Assembly: GCA_054661495.1 (NCBI GenBank)
Contig: BAAFSQ010000013.1
Location: 52,506-84,505, forward strand
Direction of reading: 5' to 3'
Source of the DNA: Zygophlyctis sp. KS116
Taxonomy: Eukaryota > Fungi > Chytridiomycota
DNA: 32,000 nt
Position 1 is the stretch's first letter. Every line of letters starts with the position of its first letter. Below, piece by piece: positions 18,678 through 31,612 of the stretch. Under the pieces are notes generated by a model. It did no database searches and was not told the DNA's origin. It saw only the letters and a program-made list of their open reading frames with translations. The position numbers and the translations under genes are program-made.

Positions 18678-19038
18678 TTACAGACACGAAAAATCAAAAT
18701 CTCAAGATCAGACAGATTCTAAAGTATTCTTAAATATATATTAAAAGTAAAAGAAATTGTAATCTCAAGAGTAAAATTCAACTTTGATGATTGTAACAAG
18801 AATTGCTGTCCGATTAACTGAAAATTTATTCTGGGTCTCGGATCAATAGCTGTCCGATTCCTTCCGGGTTCCTTTAAAATTTGATCCCTTTTACTGCTTG
18901 GTTGATCCTTTTAAGGGGTTTTAAGGGAGTGGAAGGGGGTTTAAGTGGTAATTCTACGCACGAATAATCCGATCGGCATGCAAATTTGGCTGCTATTAGA
19001 AAAAGCCTGAAACCAGAAAATTCTCCTTTGTCAGCAGA

Positions 19039-19736
19039 ATGACTACTCAGCCTGATTCTCTTGTTTGCAATCATTGTTTTAAGAGATTTAGTAATAGGTA
19101 TGATGCATTATTTTATAATGATATAGTTCTCATTTATCTAGACATTACAAGATCCATTTAGGAGTTAAAGAATATAAATGTCCAATACCTGAATGTTTTT
19201 CAGTCTTTATAAGAAGAGATAATATGAAATCACATTATAAGAATCATCTAGTCAAGATGGGATTAGATGATGATGAAATTTCTAATTTACTTAAAGTGAT
19301 TCCTAGACTAGAAAAAAAGTCTAGATATGCAAGAGGATCAGAAATGGACTCTGATTCTTCTAATCACATGAATGATGGATTAATTTTTCCTTTTAGGGAT
19401 AAATTAAATACTCATGAAAGTATTCATACCCAATTTATATCACCAATTTCAAGCTCGCCTACTGATAAGTATCAGTTACTGTTAAATTCTGATTCTACTA
19501 ATTCTAATTCTAATTCAAATTCTGACTGTAATAATCCCGGTTGTTGTCTTCATGGATCAAAATCTGTTCCTGTTTCACTTGGTTCACAAGGTCCTGTACC
19601 TCTAGGTAATGAAGTTTTTAACAAGTATTTGGTGGAAATGTTCTTGTCTGGAAAGAAAATTCCAGATAGACTTATTAATCCCTTGTTACCCCCACGCAGT
19701 TTGACTCCTGATCCCTTGTGGAGTCGAAGTCTTTAA
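19039..19736 (+). CDS. Two-finger C2H2 zinc-finger transcription factor (Nrg1-like)
   Basis: Removing intron 19098-19126 gives CNHCFKRFSNSSHLSRHYKIHLGVKEYKCPIPECFSVFIRRDNMKSHYKNH. Confidence 0.88.
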
Positions 19737-19803
19737 TTTCTAATAAATATCTTGGGCTCGTTGGGCTCGTTGGCTCCAGACAAAATTTTGCTGCCCTTTG
19801 AAC

Positions 19804-19861
19804 GTAAACCTAAAAGACATTTTGCAGTAGGAGTAAACCTAAAAGACATTTTGCAGTAGGA
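19804..19861. repeat. Perfect 29-bp tandem duplication in the RPS5 promoter
   Basis: gtaaacctaaaagacattttgcagtagga occurs twice, at 19804-19832 and 19833-19861. Confidence 0.95.
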
Positions 19862-19897
19862 TTTAAAAACTTTGGAGGGTCTAAATGTGGCAACAGA

Positions 19898-19906
19898 AAA
19901 CCCTAA
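19898..19906. promoter_or_regulatory. Telo-box/Tbf1-like motif AAACCCTAA upstream of RPS5
   Basis: AAACCCTAA ends 15 bp before the ATG. TTAGGG-type motifs are known in ribosomal protein gene promoters. Confidence 0.4.
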
Positions 19907-19921
19907 ATTTCTCTAAAAAAA

Positions 19922-20546
<625 letters not shown>

Positions 20547-20586
20547 TCTGCTTGAAATAAATAAAAATTTACAAAAAAATTTTGAG

Positions 20587-22183
20587 ATGAAATTACTCTT
20601 TTTATTTCTAGTTTTGGTGGTTATAGCTAGTGCCGACAAGTTGTCAGAAGCTCTAAAGGAAGCGTCAGATGCGTTAAACTCTGGACAATCTGCTCTAGCG
20701 GTTGAAAAATTAGATTTGGTTCTAGAATTGGATCCGGTTGATACGCTCTCGCTGTTTAAAAGAGCGATAGTTTGTATTTCTCTAGGACGCTATGAAAAGG
20801 CTTTAAAAGACTTGGACTCGCTGTTAAATTTAAAACCAAATCATGTACAGGCATTGGTACAAAGGGCAAAGATTTTTTTACTCTATGGAAAGTTGTCAGA
20901 AGCTCTTGAAAACGCTCAAAAGTCTAAAGAGTTGGACTCTATTGGAAATGAGTTGGAAAAAGAAATTAATCAAGTTGTTTCAAAAGTAAATAATTTGAAA
21001 AATGTTGGTGATAAAAATCAACTTTTGGATTTACTCTCAGCCATAATACTCAAATGTCCGTTGGCTGTGGAATATAGGAGTACTAGAGCTCAAATATATC
21101 TTGAATTAGGTCAATCTGAATTGGCTATTGTAGATTTAAGGTACTATCATTGATATTGATCAAAGTCGCGTTCTTCAACTGAAACCCGATGATATAAACT
21201 CATTTCTAAAACTCTCTGCAGTAAAACTCTCAACTGGAGAAATTGGGGATGCGATAAATTCATTAAAGGATTGTCTAAGATCAGATCCAGATCAGAAAGA
21301 ATGTAAAAGTCAATTTAGAAAATTAAAGAAAATTAATAAGAAATTAGAATCTGCTCTAGATGCAGTACAAAAAAGTAAACTAATTACGGCTCGTGATTTA
21401 CTAATCAATGATAAACTGATTGCAGATGTTGAAGGTTTAGGTTCTCAGGGGCTGAATGGGAGGGTCTATGGTTATGCGTGTAAAGTGTTTACAGAGGTAA
21501 TGTGTTTTGATAGATTTAACTCAAGTTGAAAAAAACGGAAGATGCGCTTAGTTGGTGTCAAAAAGCAGCCGATTCCAATCCTGCAGTCGCAGAATATAAT
21601 GCCCTTCTTGCAGACGTAAAGGTTTTAATTGAGGAATATGAAGATGGTAATCTTTGCATTTTTAATTTTAGCTGTGCGTTTGTATAAAAAAGCTCATGAA
21701 CTTGATCCAAGTAATAATGCTTACAAGGAAGGTTTCCACAAAGCTCAGCGACTCTTGCGTCAAGCTGGAAGAAGAGATTATTATAAAATACTTGGAGTTC
21801 CAAGGTCTGCAAGTCAAAGAGAAATTAAAAAGGCTTTTCGTAAGCTCGCTCAAATTTGGCATCCGTAAGTTTTTTATACTGATGAAAAGTGATAAGTATC
21901 GTGGAGATTTGCCAAAGGAAAAGGTGGAGGCCAAGATGGGGGAAATTAATCAAGCTTATGAAGTATTATCGAACGAAGGTAATTTATATTCTACTTAAAC
22001 TAGAGCTGCGTACAAGATTTGATAATGGTGATGATCCTAATGTAAGTGAAATTATTTGAACTGTTATAGGATCAGGAGTCTAATGCGTTTGGAGGGGGAA
22101 ATCCATTTGGTGGATTTGGTGGATTTCCATTTCAATTCACTCAAGGTGGCGGGAATGGCCAGCAATTCTTTTTTCAATATTAA
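20587..22183 (+). CDS. DNAJC3: ER-lumenal TPR/J-domain co-chaperone (DNAJC3/P58IPK/JEM1-like)
   Basis: Signal peptide [16 protein letters not shown]; TPR repeats; [12 protein letters not shown]; RDYYKILGV; WHPD split by an intron; FDNGDDP; G/F-rich tail. Confidence 0.9.
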
Positions 22184-22196
22184 ACAACCTTTTTAG

Positions 22197-22644
22197 CTAA
22201 TAATAGAATACACCAAAAGCTACGGGATAAATTCTAAATAAACTTACCGACTGCTACACAAAAAAGCGATTCCTAAATTTACAAAATTAAATTCTTACAT
22301 TCATAAATGTACCTTGAGCCATACTATCTGTATCTGCGTCGTAAAATGATCGGGCCCCAATGCGTACTCCCTCACCTCTTTTTTCCCCAATAATGACATT
22401 TACTACATACTTGTAACGAGTTAAATTAAGGTCTTTGAGTTTAATTTTAATTTCGTCCGAAATCTCTCGTGCCCATTGAGAACATGTGTCTGGATGATAA
22501 GTCGCACCTTGTAACCTTTCTTGTAAAATCTGATTGATTAATTGATTCACTAAAAACGGTCGAAACCTTTATTTAATCCAATTATGTATACTTTTGCTTA
22601 AAGTTTGGTCTTATTGTATAGCCAGCATTCTCGTCTGCCATCAT
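22197..22644 (-). CDS. TCTEX1D2: Tctex1-domain dynein light chain (TCTEX1D2/DYNLT2B-like)
   Basis: YTIRPNFKQKFRP, RYKYVVNVIIGEKRGEGVR, DADTD, NESLFCVAVAFGVFYY after removing three short introns. Confidence 0.88.
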
Positions 22645-22783
22645 GTCGCGAAAATTTTTATAACTCAAAAACTTCAAGTTCCTGTGCGGGACATTGATAA
22701 TGAATTCGAATTCTTTGATTTAGAAAATCTTTAATTTATTTCCTATCGATGCAATTGAATCTATTCGTGTATAGAGAAATCTT

Positions 22784-23524
22784 TTACCATTTTTTCTTGA
22801 TTCTTGGACTTGAAGACTTTATAAGTCTTTCATAGAACCCAGATCTACCCTTACTACTCCCATGATTACTATGACTACTATGATTCCCATGATTCTTATT
22901 ATGATAATCACTTTCATAATTCCCTGATTTTCTCTTTTTATTCTTTTTTATAGAATTTCCCAATTCTTCATCCATCCTTTCTACCATATGCTTGTGTTTT
23001 TCAGCCTTGAATTTCTGAGGAGACTTAAAATTATTACTCCTAGACTTTTCCAGACTCTGAAATTCTGAAGAATCTATAAAAGAGTCTAATACATCTTGTG
23101 AAAAAGCAGAATGTCTAAATCTAAAATTATTTGTAGGACAATCATCCCCAAAATGACCCGATTTCCCACACAAGTAACAATATTTCTTTACTCTAGTTGA
23201 ATTTGGTTTAATAGTTTTATATTTTCTCCAAATCTTTTCACATTCCATTGTTGCATGAGAATTATTTTGACATTTTGAGCAGTATTTCCTAACAGATTTT
23301 TCTAGACATTCAGCCTTTGAATGACCTCTTTTGTAACAATGAAAACAAATCAAACTTAGAGGACATCTTGTTGGTTCATGATCTGCATTACACAAAAAAC
23401 AAGAAATTTCTTTTTTCTTGCAGTCTCTGAATAGATGGCCTACTTTTCTACAATAAAAACATTTCATCTTTTTCTCTTCAAAGTATCTTGATCCTTCATC
23501 TTTAGAGTCTTCAACGTCTGACAT
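22784..23524 (-). CDS. Air1/Air2 (ZCCHC7)-like zinc-knuckle TRAMP subunit
   Basis: Five CCHC knuckles, IWRKY motif, YCYLCGKSGHFGDDC, SAFS. Likely ATG at 23524. Confidence 0.88.
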   Translation of the reverse strand: MSDVEDSKDEGSRYFEEKKMKCFYCRKVGHLFRDCKKKEISCFLCNADHEPTRCPLSLICFHCYKRGHSKAECLEKSVRKYCSKCQNNSHATMECEKIWRKYKTIKPNSTRVKKYCYLCGKSGHFGDDCPTNNFRFRHSAFSQDVLDSFIDSSEFQSLEKSRSNNFKSPQKFKAEKHKHMVERMDEELGNSIKKNKKRKSGNYESDYHNKNHGNHSSHSNHGSSKGRSGFYERLIKSSSPRIKKKW

Positions 23525-23639
23525 TTCCTTTTGGAGCCCTCTCCTACATTGGCTATGGACAGGGGTGAGTGCCACTGGTGAGTGTCCGAGAGTGCCACTG
23601 ATGAGCACTGGTGAACTGGCGCAAGGGCCTCATTGTAAA

Positions 23640-24236
23640 ATGCCAGGAATAAAACCGTTTAAAGACTGGCGATGGCTTCAAATGCCAAGAGAAAAAATGT
23701 TATTTAAATTCAAATCAGAACAGGATCTGTTAAAGTGGAGACTGGGTTCAGATGCTGATTTTGGGGGAAATTCAACAGGAAATTGGGGATTGTCAGACTC
23801 TGGAACTGGAATATTTTGGGGAACTTTGGCAAAAACAAGTGATTTAAATTATGCAGCCTTGAAATCAAAAGAAGAAAAATGGTCCATACTTCATAAAACT
23901 ACTATTGATGCATCGGATTTCAAGAATTTGCTGGTAAGAGCAAAGATTCCAAAAGGGAAAATCTCAAAAAATTGGAGAATTACTCTAAAAACTCAATCAT
24001 TCTATGCAACTCATGTATATTCACTTCCATTGAATTTTACTAAATTTGGAGAATTTGAAATACTAGAATTCAAATTTAGACATTTTAAAATTACAGATTC
24101 TTCAAAAGCTCAGGGATTAGAGATGGATAGAAGTAAAATTAAAAGTGTAGGATTTACTATTTCAAGTAAAACAGATCTTGCAGGAGATTTCTCTTTAGAG
24201 ATTGATTGGATAATGCTTTTAAATAAGGGGTATTAA
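23640..24236 (+). CDS. CIA30: Complex I assembly factor CIA30/NDUFAF1-like
   Basis: W..GSDADFGGNS, G.FWG.L, YAALKS, IKSVGF, GDFSLEIDWI. ATG at 23640 preferred. Confidence 0.85.
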   Translation: MPGIKPFKDWRWLQMPREKMLFKFKSEQDLLKWRLGSDADFGGNSTGNWGLSDSGTGIFWGTLAKTSDLNYAALKSKEEKWSILHKTTIDASDFKNLLVRAKIPKGKISKNWRITLKTQSFYATHVYSLPLNFTKFGEFEILEFKFRHFKITDSSKAQGLEMDRSKIKSVGFTISSKTDLAGDFSLEIDWIMLLNKGY

Positions 24237-24542
24237 GTGTGGATTTTTCTCAATTGGGTTTTTCTCTCTTGAATCGCATCTTGTAATAGTTTGATTCCAT
24301 CTAGCAATTGATTCTTTTCATAATTTTGAGATTCTGGATAGAAAAGTGGGCCATTGCACAATTTCTTAATTTTAAAGAATTTTAAAGAGTTTTCAATTTC
24401 TAGAGTTGTTCTTGTAAACTCCATACACGTTAGAGAAATGATTTTAGATAATTGCTTTCTAGTTTTGTATCCCCGGAATAGAGCCTATTATAAGAATAAA
24501 TAAATATACTTGTATTTTAATGATGAGATCTGTTTCAGACAT
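24233..24542 (-). CDS. Small IQ-motif protein (IQCC-like)
   Basis: Removing intron 24485-24509 gives IKIQALFRGYKTRKQL (IQ motif). C-terminal LLQDAIQERKTQL resembles the IQCC WLQQAI.SRK.YL block. Confidence 0.7.
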
Positions 24543-24565
24543 TGATTAATCGGAGTTTGTAATTA

Positions 24566-25789
<1,224 letters not shown>

Positions 25790-25793
<4 letters not shown>

Positions 25794-28700
25794 TCCCACG
25801 GAACATCATCCTGAGTTAGAAAGGGTTTGTCAAGACTATTAATCATTGCTTGTCCACAATAAATACACTCCCCTGCCACTAAATCATTCAAGAGCTCTAG
25901 ATTCTTGGTTAGATTCGAGTTTTTACTCTGAATATGCGACCTTTCTTCTGCTTGAGGAGCCGTCTTTCTTTCCAGTGCAATTTCTTTCTGTAGATTCTCG
26001 ATCCGTCGTACTTTATGAGATGATGAATCAAGTAAAACCTGTATTATTAAATATATAGCTTTACCTCCTTTATTAAACAATCTGCGTGGAACATATGCTC
26101 ACAGGGGAAAACAAAGAATTGTCTTATGATGCAGGGTGAATAGCAAATAGAGCAGTGTTTATCAGCAGGCACTTTGGTATACCTTTGAGATTATAATATC
26201 ATATTATACCTTTGTTTGAATTCGCGAATATCCAGGCGGATAGTTTCAGCACTTTTTATAGCTATAAATAAGATATGAAATTAATTAATACCTTCAGCCA
26301 ATTCCATTTTTAAATCTTGGATATCATTATTATAATTTTCCAGCGCGTAGCATATTTCATCCTTGAAATCATCAATCAAAACAAAGTCCGGGAAAAAGGG
26401 CAATATATCTTCCAATTTTAGAATATTATTGGAGTATTTAAGGAACGATAATGCCTCCTTTACATCACGGTTTTTCTGGACAACATGTTTAGCAATTTTA
26501 AGCCATAACTTTTTCTTTAGATAGGGATGACTGTCATTCTGTAAATCAGCATTGATGCGAGCTAAATCAATATCGTTCATCTGATAATATAAATCTTAAT
26601 GATAAATACCTGTAGTGCTAAATCAACCGCAGATTCAAACATGCGCATGGACTTATATAGATGAATAGATGAGTTAACGAGTCCATTCCGAGAGCAAAGT
26701 CTTAAGGCATACTGTACATCAAAGCAAGGATATTCGCTCTAGGAATATAAACTATTTAAGAATACCTGTTGATTTAAATACTCTAAAAGGGATATTTCGC
26801 CATCTATCTGCGCTTTCTGGATCAAGAGTGAAAATAGAAAATTATGAACAATCTAAAATTAAACTGGAGGTGAATATTACCTGGTCAGTATTTCCAACAT
26901 TTGTAATCACAAACTGTAAATACCTTATCGCTTCATTCTACTGTATAAAATGTTAATATATACCCTCTCGTGAGGCTTAAGCAAATAAGTCATATTATAT
27001 CTAATTAACGATGGTATCAAATTCTTAGGATTCAATTTTGTTTGCTTCATCCACAAGTTGACTGTATCCGTAGGGGAGTTCTCCATTAATGTACATGAGG
27101 ATTCGTAATACAATTCGACCAGGCTATGATGGCTTAAGCTATCCAGAGCTTTAGTCCAATCTTTTAGTGACAAATAGTGATTAAGTAAGGTTTCCCAGTC
27201 CTTGATCTCATTTGCAAAGAAAATATATTCTTCGGTCCTATTATGGCTGTTGATCAACTTGTATACGGTCGCCACGTGTAAGCGATCCTAATGATTTAAG
27301 ATGAACTTTCGAACCTTATAATCAGTCAAAAATTTCCTAAATTCATTCATGGCTGTTGATAGATCAATAGACTTTTTTTCGAATTCGGCCGCATTATCAC
27401 GAGAAGGACCTTGCATTTTACGATCCAGTGTTGCTTTAGATGAACGCACAGATTCTTCGTATGAATTTATTTGATGCAGCATGATTTCAACTAGCCAGGT
27501 GCAGATCATGGTTGTCTGAGTTACATCCTAAATTCTAAAATTATATGCCAAATACCTTTTTGGTGTAAATCTCTAATCTTTTCATCAAAAATATTTTTAA
27601 AGGCTCTTTATCTTCCAAAGCCATAAATTTCAATGCAATTTCTTCAAAAGCAAAAGATTTGCAGCGAGCGAAATATGCTGCTGCTAAAATGAATCTATGT
27701 TGGGAAAAGTAAGCACTCGCCTGCTTTGCAATCACTTTTTCCCGTTGATTATCAGTCTAAATATGTTAAAAATAATTCTTTACTTTTGCAAACTTCAAAG
27801 CTTGTTCAAAATCATTCTTTTGCAGAAATATCTTCCAAATGTATCGATCTTCATCTGTAATCAGCAGCTCATACAACTGTTGAGTAGTTAAAATCCAAAA
27901 CGTCTTTTTAACAATATCCGCAGTCAATCCAACTACTCGTTCACCTATTGCCTAAAAATATTATTATAGTTAAAGATTACTAGCGGTATTAAATCTTCAT
28001 AAACAAGCTCTTTATTGAGCAATGAAACAGCTTTAACACGATCTTTAAATAGCATGACTACATGATAATCAGTCAAACAAATCGAAATTGGAGCTGATTG
28101 TACTAAAAGAGTTGAATTTTCAGTAATAGTTTCTGGATAACTTTAGTTTAAGTATTGAATAATAAGATACGGTAAAAGATTCGAGTCTTTCAAGATACTA
28201 TTAGATCCAGCCTTATGATTTTTAAATGCAAATTCCCCACAGAATACACCAGGCTCTAATTGTTAATCAGAAACTTTTAACCTGTTAACCAAGCCCATCT
28301 TTGAGGAATCATTGAATCCCTTAAATTTGAAATCGCCAAAACGGACCAATCAATATTTCCCGGAAGTTCTTGAATACTAGCGATATCATCAACACTAGGA
28401 GAAAAAACTCCTTTGCTAAAATCATTGACTATAAACTCCACCAGCCTATTGCTTGTACATACCAGCACAACCATTTTATTTACTTTTTGAGGAAATTTAG
28501 AAAAATAAATGCCTTGTATTGCAACATCCCCCAGAGTATACACAAGAGTAATATTAACATCCAACGATGAGTTGTCATAGTTTATGCATCCCTGATAAAT
28601 ATTTCCATTTGAACCACCAAAAAGAAACGTCTGCGTAGATTTTGGATTTGATTGTCCCCAACCGACTGCGGTAATATTGATTCCCTTGAATTTATTCAGA

Positions 28701-29017
28701 AATTTCAGTTTTCTAGATTGTATATTTAAATAGTAATTTTCACCGTTTGACGATAAAATCAAATGATTTCCAGAGTTGTCAAGAAACAACCTGCGTTTAG
28801 AGTTTAGATCAGAAGTCTGAAAAGGAGACACTGCTATTTCCTCAACGGCATCGATAAAATCCAAATTAATTTTCAATAGCTTAGGATTCAAGTCCACAAT
28901 TAAAATAGAATTCGTTACAATCATCGAGAATAGCTCTGAGCCAAAGGAATATTGAACGGGATCAAGGCTGAAGATACCAACATGCTGTTGGCCATCAAAC
29001 ACATCAACAAGTGACAT
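25790..29017 (-). CDS. VPS18: HOPS/CORVET subunit Vps18/Pep3
   Basis: LFLDNSGNHLI, FEEIALKF, TWLVEI, KKLWLKIAKHVV, LKLEDILPFFPDFVLIDDFKDEIC, RING FPCEHMFHADC, ECIYCG..MINS.DKPF; many short introns. Confidence 0.95.
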
Positions 29018-29073
29018 AAGTTCAAGGTTAAAATTTATTGCAAGGCTTAAACATTCACAAAATTAACTGCTAA

Positions 29074-31512
29074 TTATTTCTTTCGTTTTTGAAGCCTCTT
29101 GACAACTTCGTTAGGATTTAATGGTCTTTTCTTGTTGCGATTCTTGTTTTTGACGTTTGCACTTTCATAGTAGTGTACTCCAATCTTTTTCTTATTTGTC
29201 GTCATTCGTGCTTTCTTTCTAGGATTACTGGGTTCTACATTGACTGATGGTTCAGGTGCAACAGATTCCTGATCACTTAATTCAAGTTCAGAATCACTGC
29301 TAGATAGTATTGCAGGCTCTTCTTCGACGATATCTTCAACTACAGTTTCTTTTTCAACTGTAGGGGTAGAGACAACATTTTGGAATACATTTTCCCAATC
29401 ATCTTCTTCTTGATTTTCAGAATCATGATCAGATTCAAGAGTTTTAGATTCACTGGTTGGATTAGATTCTATATTAGGAATATTGGTTTCATCTTGAGTA
29501 GAGGCATTTAGATCTTCTTTGGAGAATGCACTAGTTACAAATATTTTGTTGTATAGCTGTTTAATGTTTATCTTACTTGAAGATTCTTCATTGGCAATGT
29601 TATTATCATTTGGCATTGGGGGCATTCTGAAGTAAGGGATGCGTCCTCGGATCCAATCATTTAGAATCATTTTTGACATTCCACTGATATCGGGTTCACC
29701 TCCCTATAATTAGAATATAAAAAGAGTAAAATCAGAATAAATCTCAGATTTCACTTCATTATAATTCAGAGTGAGCTGGGTCTGAGGTTGTTCATCATTT
29801 TTCACATTTATACAAACATACCTTTAATAATCTACCTGATTTTTTAGATAATTGTTCAAGGAAATCAACGTGGTCTTCCCAGCTATTTATTCCATATGTT
29901 TGCTTAATATACTCTGGTTTGACTCGTTTTAAAACCTCGGCAATATGATCATCTGCAGCCTCCACTTTTTCAACACGAACAACACCTTTCAGAATGATAT
30001 CTGTTTCAGTGTCTTCTGGGGAAGGATGTACTACACCTGGGCAATCAATCAAGTAAATACGCTTCATGAGTGTGATGTATTGCCAAACCTTTTAAATGAG
30101 CAATGAATCATTAAATACCTTTGTTTCACCTGGAATTGGTGCTACATTACAAACTTTCTTCTTCCGTAGAGTATTAATTATAGAACTTTTTCCAGTATTT
30201 GGATACCCCACAAGACCTACTGAAATTTGCTTTTTATCGGAATGTAGTGAGCTGAATTGTCGTAAGAGTTGAATTAAAGATCCCTTTCCAAATGGGTTCG
30301 TAATGCTAGCGTGAAATGCAAGAGTTGGATGTTCTTGAGACAAAAGTTTAACCCATCGGGCCTAAATATTAGTATTGAATGAAATGAAAATGATTGTTGC
30401 TGAATACTAAGAAATGCAAGAAGATAAATCAGAGATTTTGCCTGCATTTCAACTCTCATGCAACTTCCTTTCAATTAAGGATAATCATCAAAACGATGAT
30501 TATCCTAGGCAAAAGGACTATATTTTTCCATCGTTGTAACAGAGAACTTTTGATAAATACAAGAGTCCCTTGACAAAACAATGGTTTAAGTGAAAGAAAT
30601 GTTTACTTACAGTGACCCAAGTAGGAACCAAATCACATTTGTTCAAGACAAAAATCAAATGCTTATGCTGGACTTCTCCTTTCATATAGCTTTCAACGTT
30701 TCGACACCTTGTTCCAATTGGATCTCTTGCATCTAATACATGCAAAATAACATCTGAGGAATCTATAACCTTATACAACTCATTCCAGATTCTCTTTGAT
30801 TGTCCCTTATCAAAAATGGGATCATGAGCTTCTTCTAGAACTCCATCGTGAGCTACATTGTCTAAACAGTCACCATCTTGATCCTTTTGATAATCATCTA
30901 TAATTAGCCATATTAATTTAGTACCTAGTTTAGAAGAAGCGGTCACTGCTAGATCATCTATATTGGCCACTTTGAATTTGGGCTTCTTTCTTTGAGCCTT
31001 TGGACCAAACGTATCCGTAAATGATTCTGTATCCAAGAGATGCATTGACGCATTCTATTGTTAAATTATAAATCATAAATGCATCAGAATTAAAACTCTT
31101 CTTCATGTCCATAAGGATCGGAGTGAGCTGAGTATATATATCATCATTTGCAAAAATCTAAAAAGTAAATTACCTTTGTACTAGAAGTCAACAATGACAT
31201 TGGCAGTTTTTTACTTCTCATCACAAAAGCATACGGATCATTCAATTTTGATCCAATAGCTTCCTTAAAAGATTCCAATTGTTTTTGTCCAATAACTCTA
31301 GTGTTTTCAAACCATTTTCGGTTCGGTGCCACACGCGCAACGGTTCCAGATGGTAATCTAGATTGAAAAAGACCTGGCTTCACAATAGTTCCTTTTGCAT
31401 CTCTAGTAGGCCTACCGGATTTAAGCATCTTCCTCAGTTTAACAGCGGCCGCATCATGATAAAAGTTTGTGCCTTTCACTTTCAGACCATCCTTATCTTT
31501 GGTAATCTTCAT
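29074..31512 (-). CDS. NOG2: Nucleolar GTPase Nog2 (60S biogenesis)
   Basis: [75 protein letters not shown]. Introns at 31055-31173, 30898-30924, 30362-30610, 30089-30118, 29704-29821, plus a probable 5'UTR intron at 31516-31634. Confidence 0.97.
29728..29802 (-). ncRNA. Intronic box C/D snoRNA, snR71/SNORD29-like (copy A)
   Basis: C box ATGATGA at 29798-29792. Guide AGACCCAGCTCACT before D' CTGA is complementary to LSU rRNA GUGAGCUGGGUUU; the D'+5 rule gives the A equivalent to yeast Am2946. D box CTGA at 29735-29732. Host intron 118 nt. Confidence 0.85.
30392..30588 (-). ncRNA. Intronic H/ACA snoRNA, snR191/U19-like
   Basis: 249-nt intron; 5' AAACC..TTTTGTCAAGGG; perfect 12-bp central hairpin at 30478-30506; terminal ACA at 30397-30395. 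Yeast NOG2 hosts snR191 in an intron. Confidence 0.75.
31080..31152 (-). ncRNA. Intronic box C/D snoRNA, snR71/SNORD29-like (copy B)
   Basis: C box at 31147-31141; guide ACTCAGCTCACT with D' CCGA; D box CTGA at 31087-31084; terminal TGCA/TGCA stem; host intron 119 nt. Confidence 0.85.
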
Positions 31513-31544
31513 GGGCTAAATCTATCATTAGAATGCACATTTGC

Positions 31545-31612
31545 GATTCTGAGATAATGCATTAGATTTCAACAACCGATCGTTACTGGGTCTGCTGCAT
31601 TATCATCAGAGA
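31545..31612 (-). ncRNA. Candidate orphan structured/C-D-like intronic RNA in the NOG2 5'UTR intron
   Basis: 119-nt GT-AG intron with CTGATGA at the same offset as the other C boxes, CAGA at the D position and a TCTGA-T-GATAATGCA/TGCATTATC-TCAGA stem. Confidence 0.4.

Noticed and set aside
18874-19074. 66-aa minus-strand ORF between ZW10 and the C2H2 gene
   Set aside because: It is a low-complexity translation of promoter repeats, overlaps exon 1 of the zinc-finger gene, and has no other support.
19804-19861. 29-bp direct repeat as a mini-CRISPR or LTR remnant
   Set aside because: The two copies abut with no spacer, and no transposon features are present.
23525-23639. Overlapping N-termini of the ORFs 22784..23608 and 23565..24236
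   Set aside because: Both extensions use non-ATG starts; the ATGs at 23524 and 23640 give sensible proteins.
31545-31612. SECIS element or TPP riboswitch interpretation of the hairpin
   Set aside because: It is not in the 3'UTR of a UGA-containing gene, and the TPP aptamer core motifs are not recognisable on the transcribed strand.
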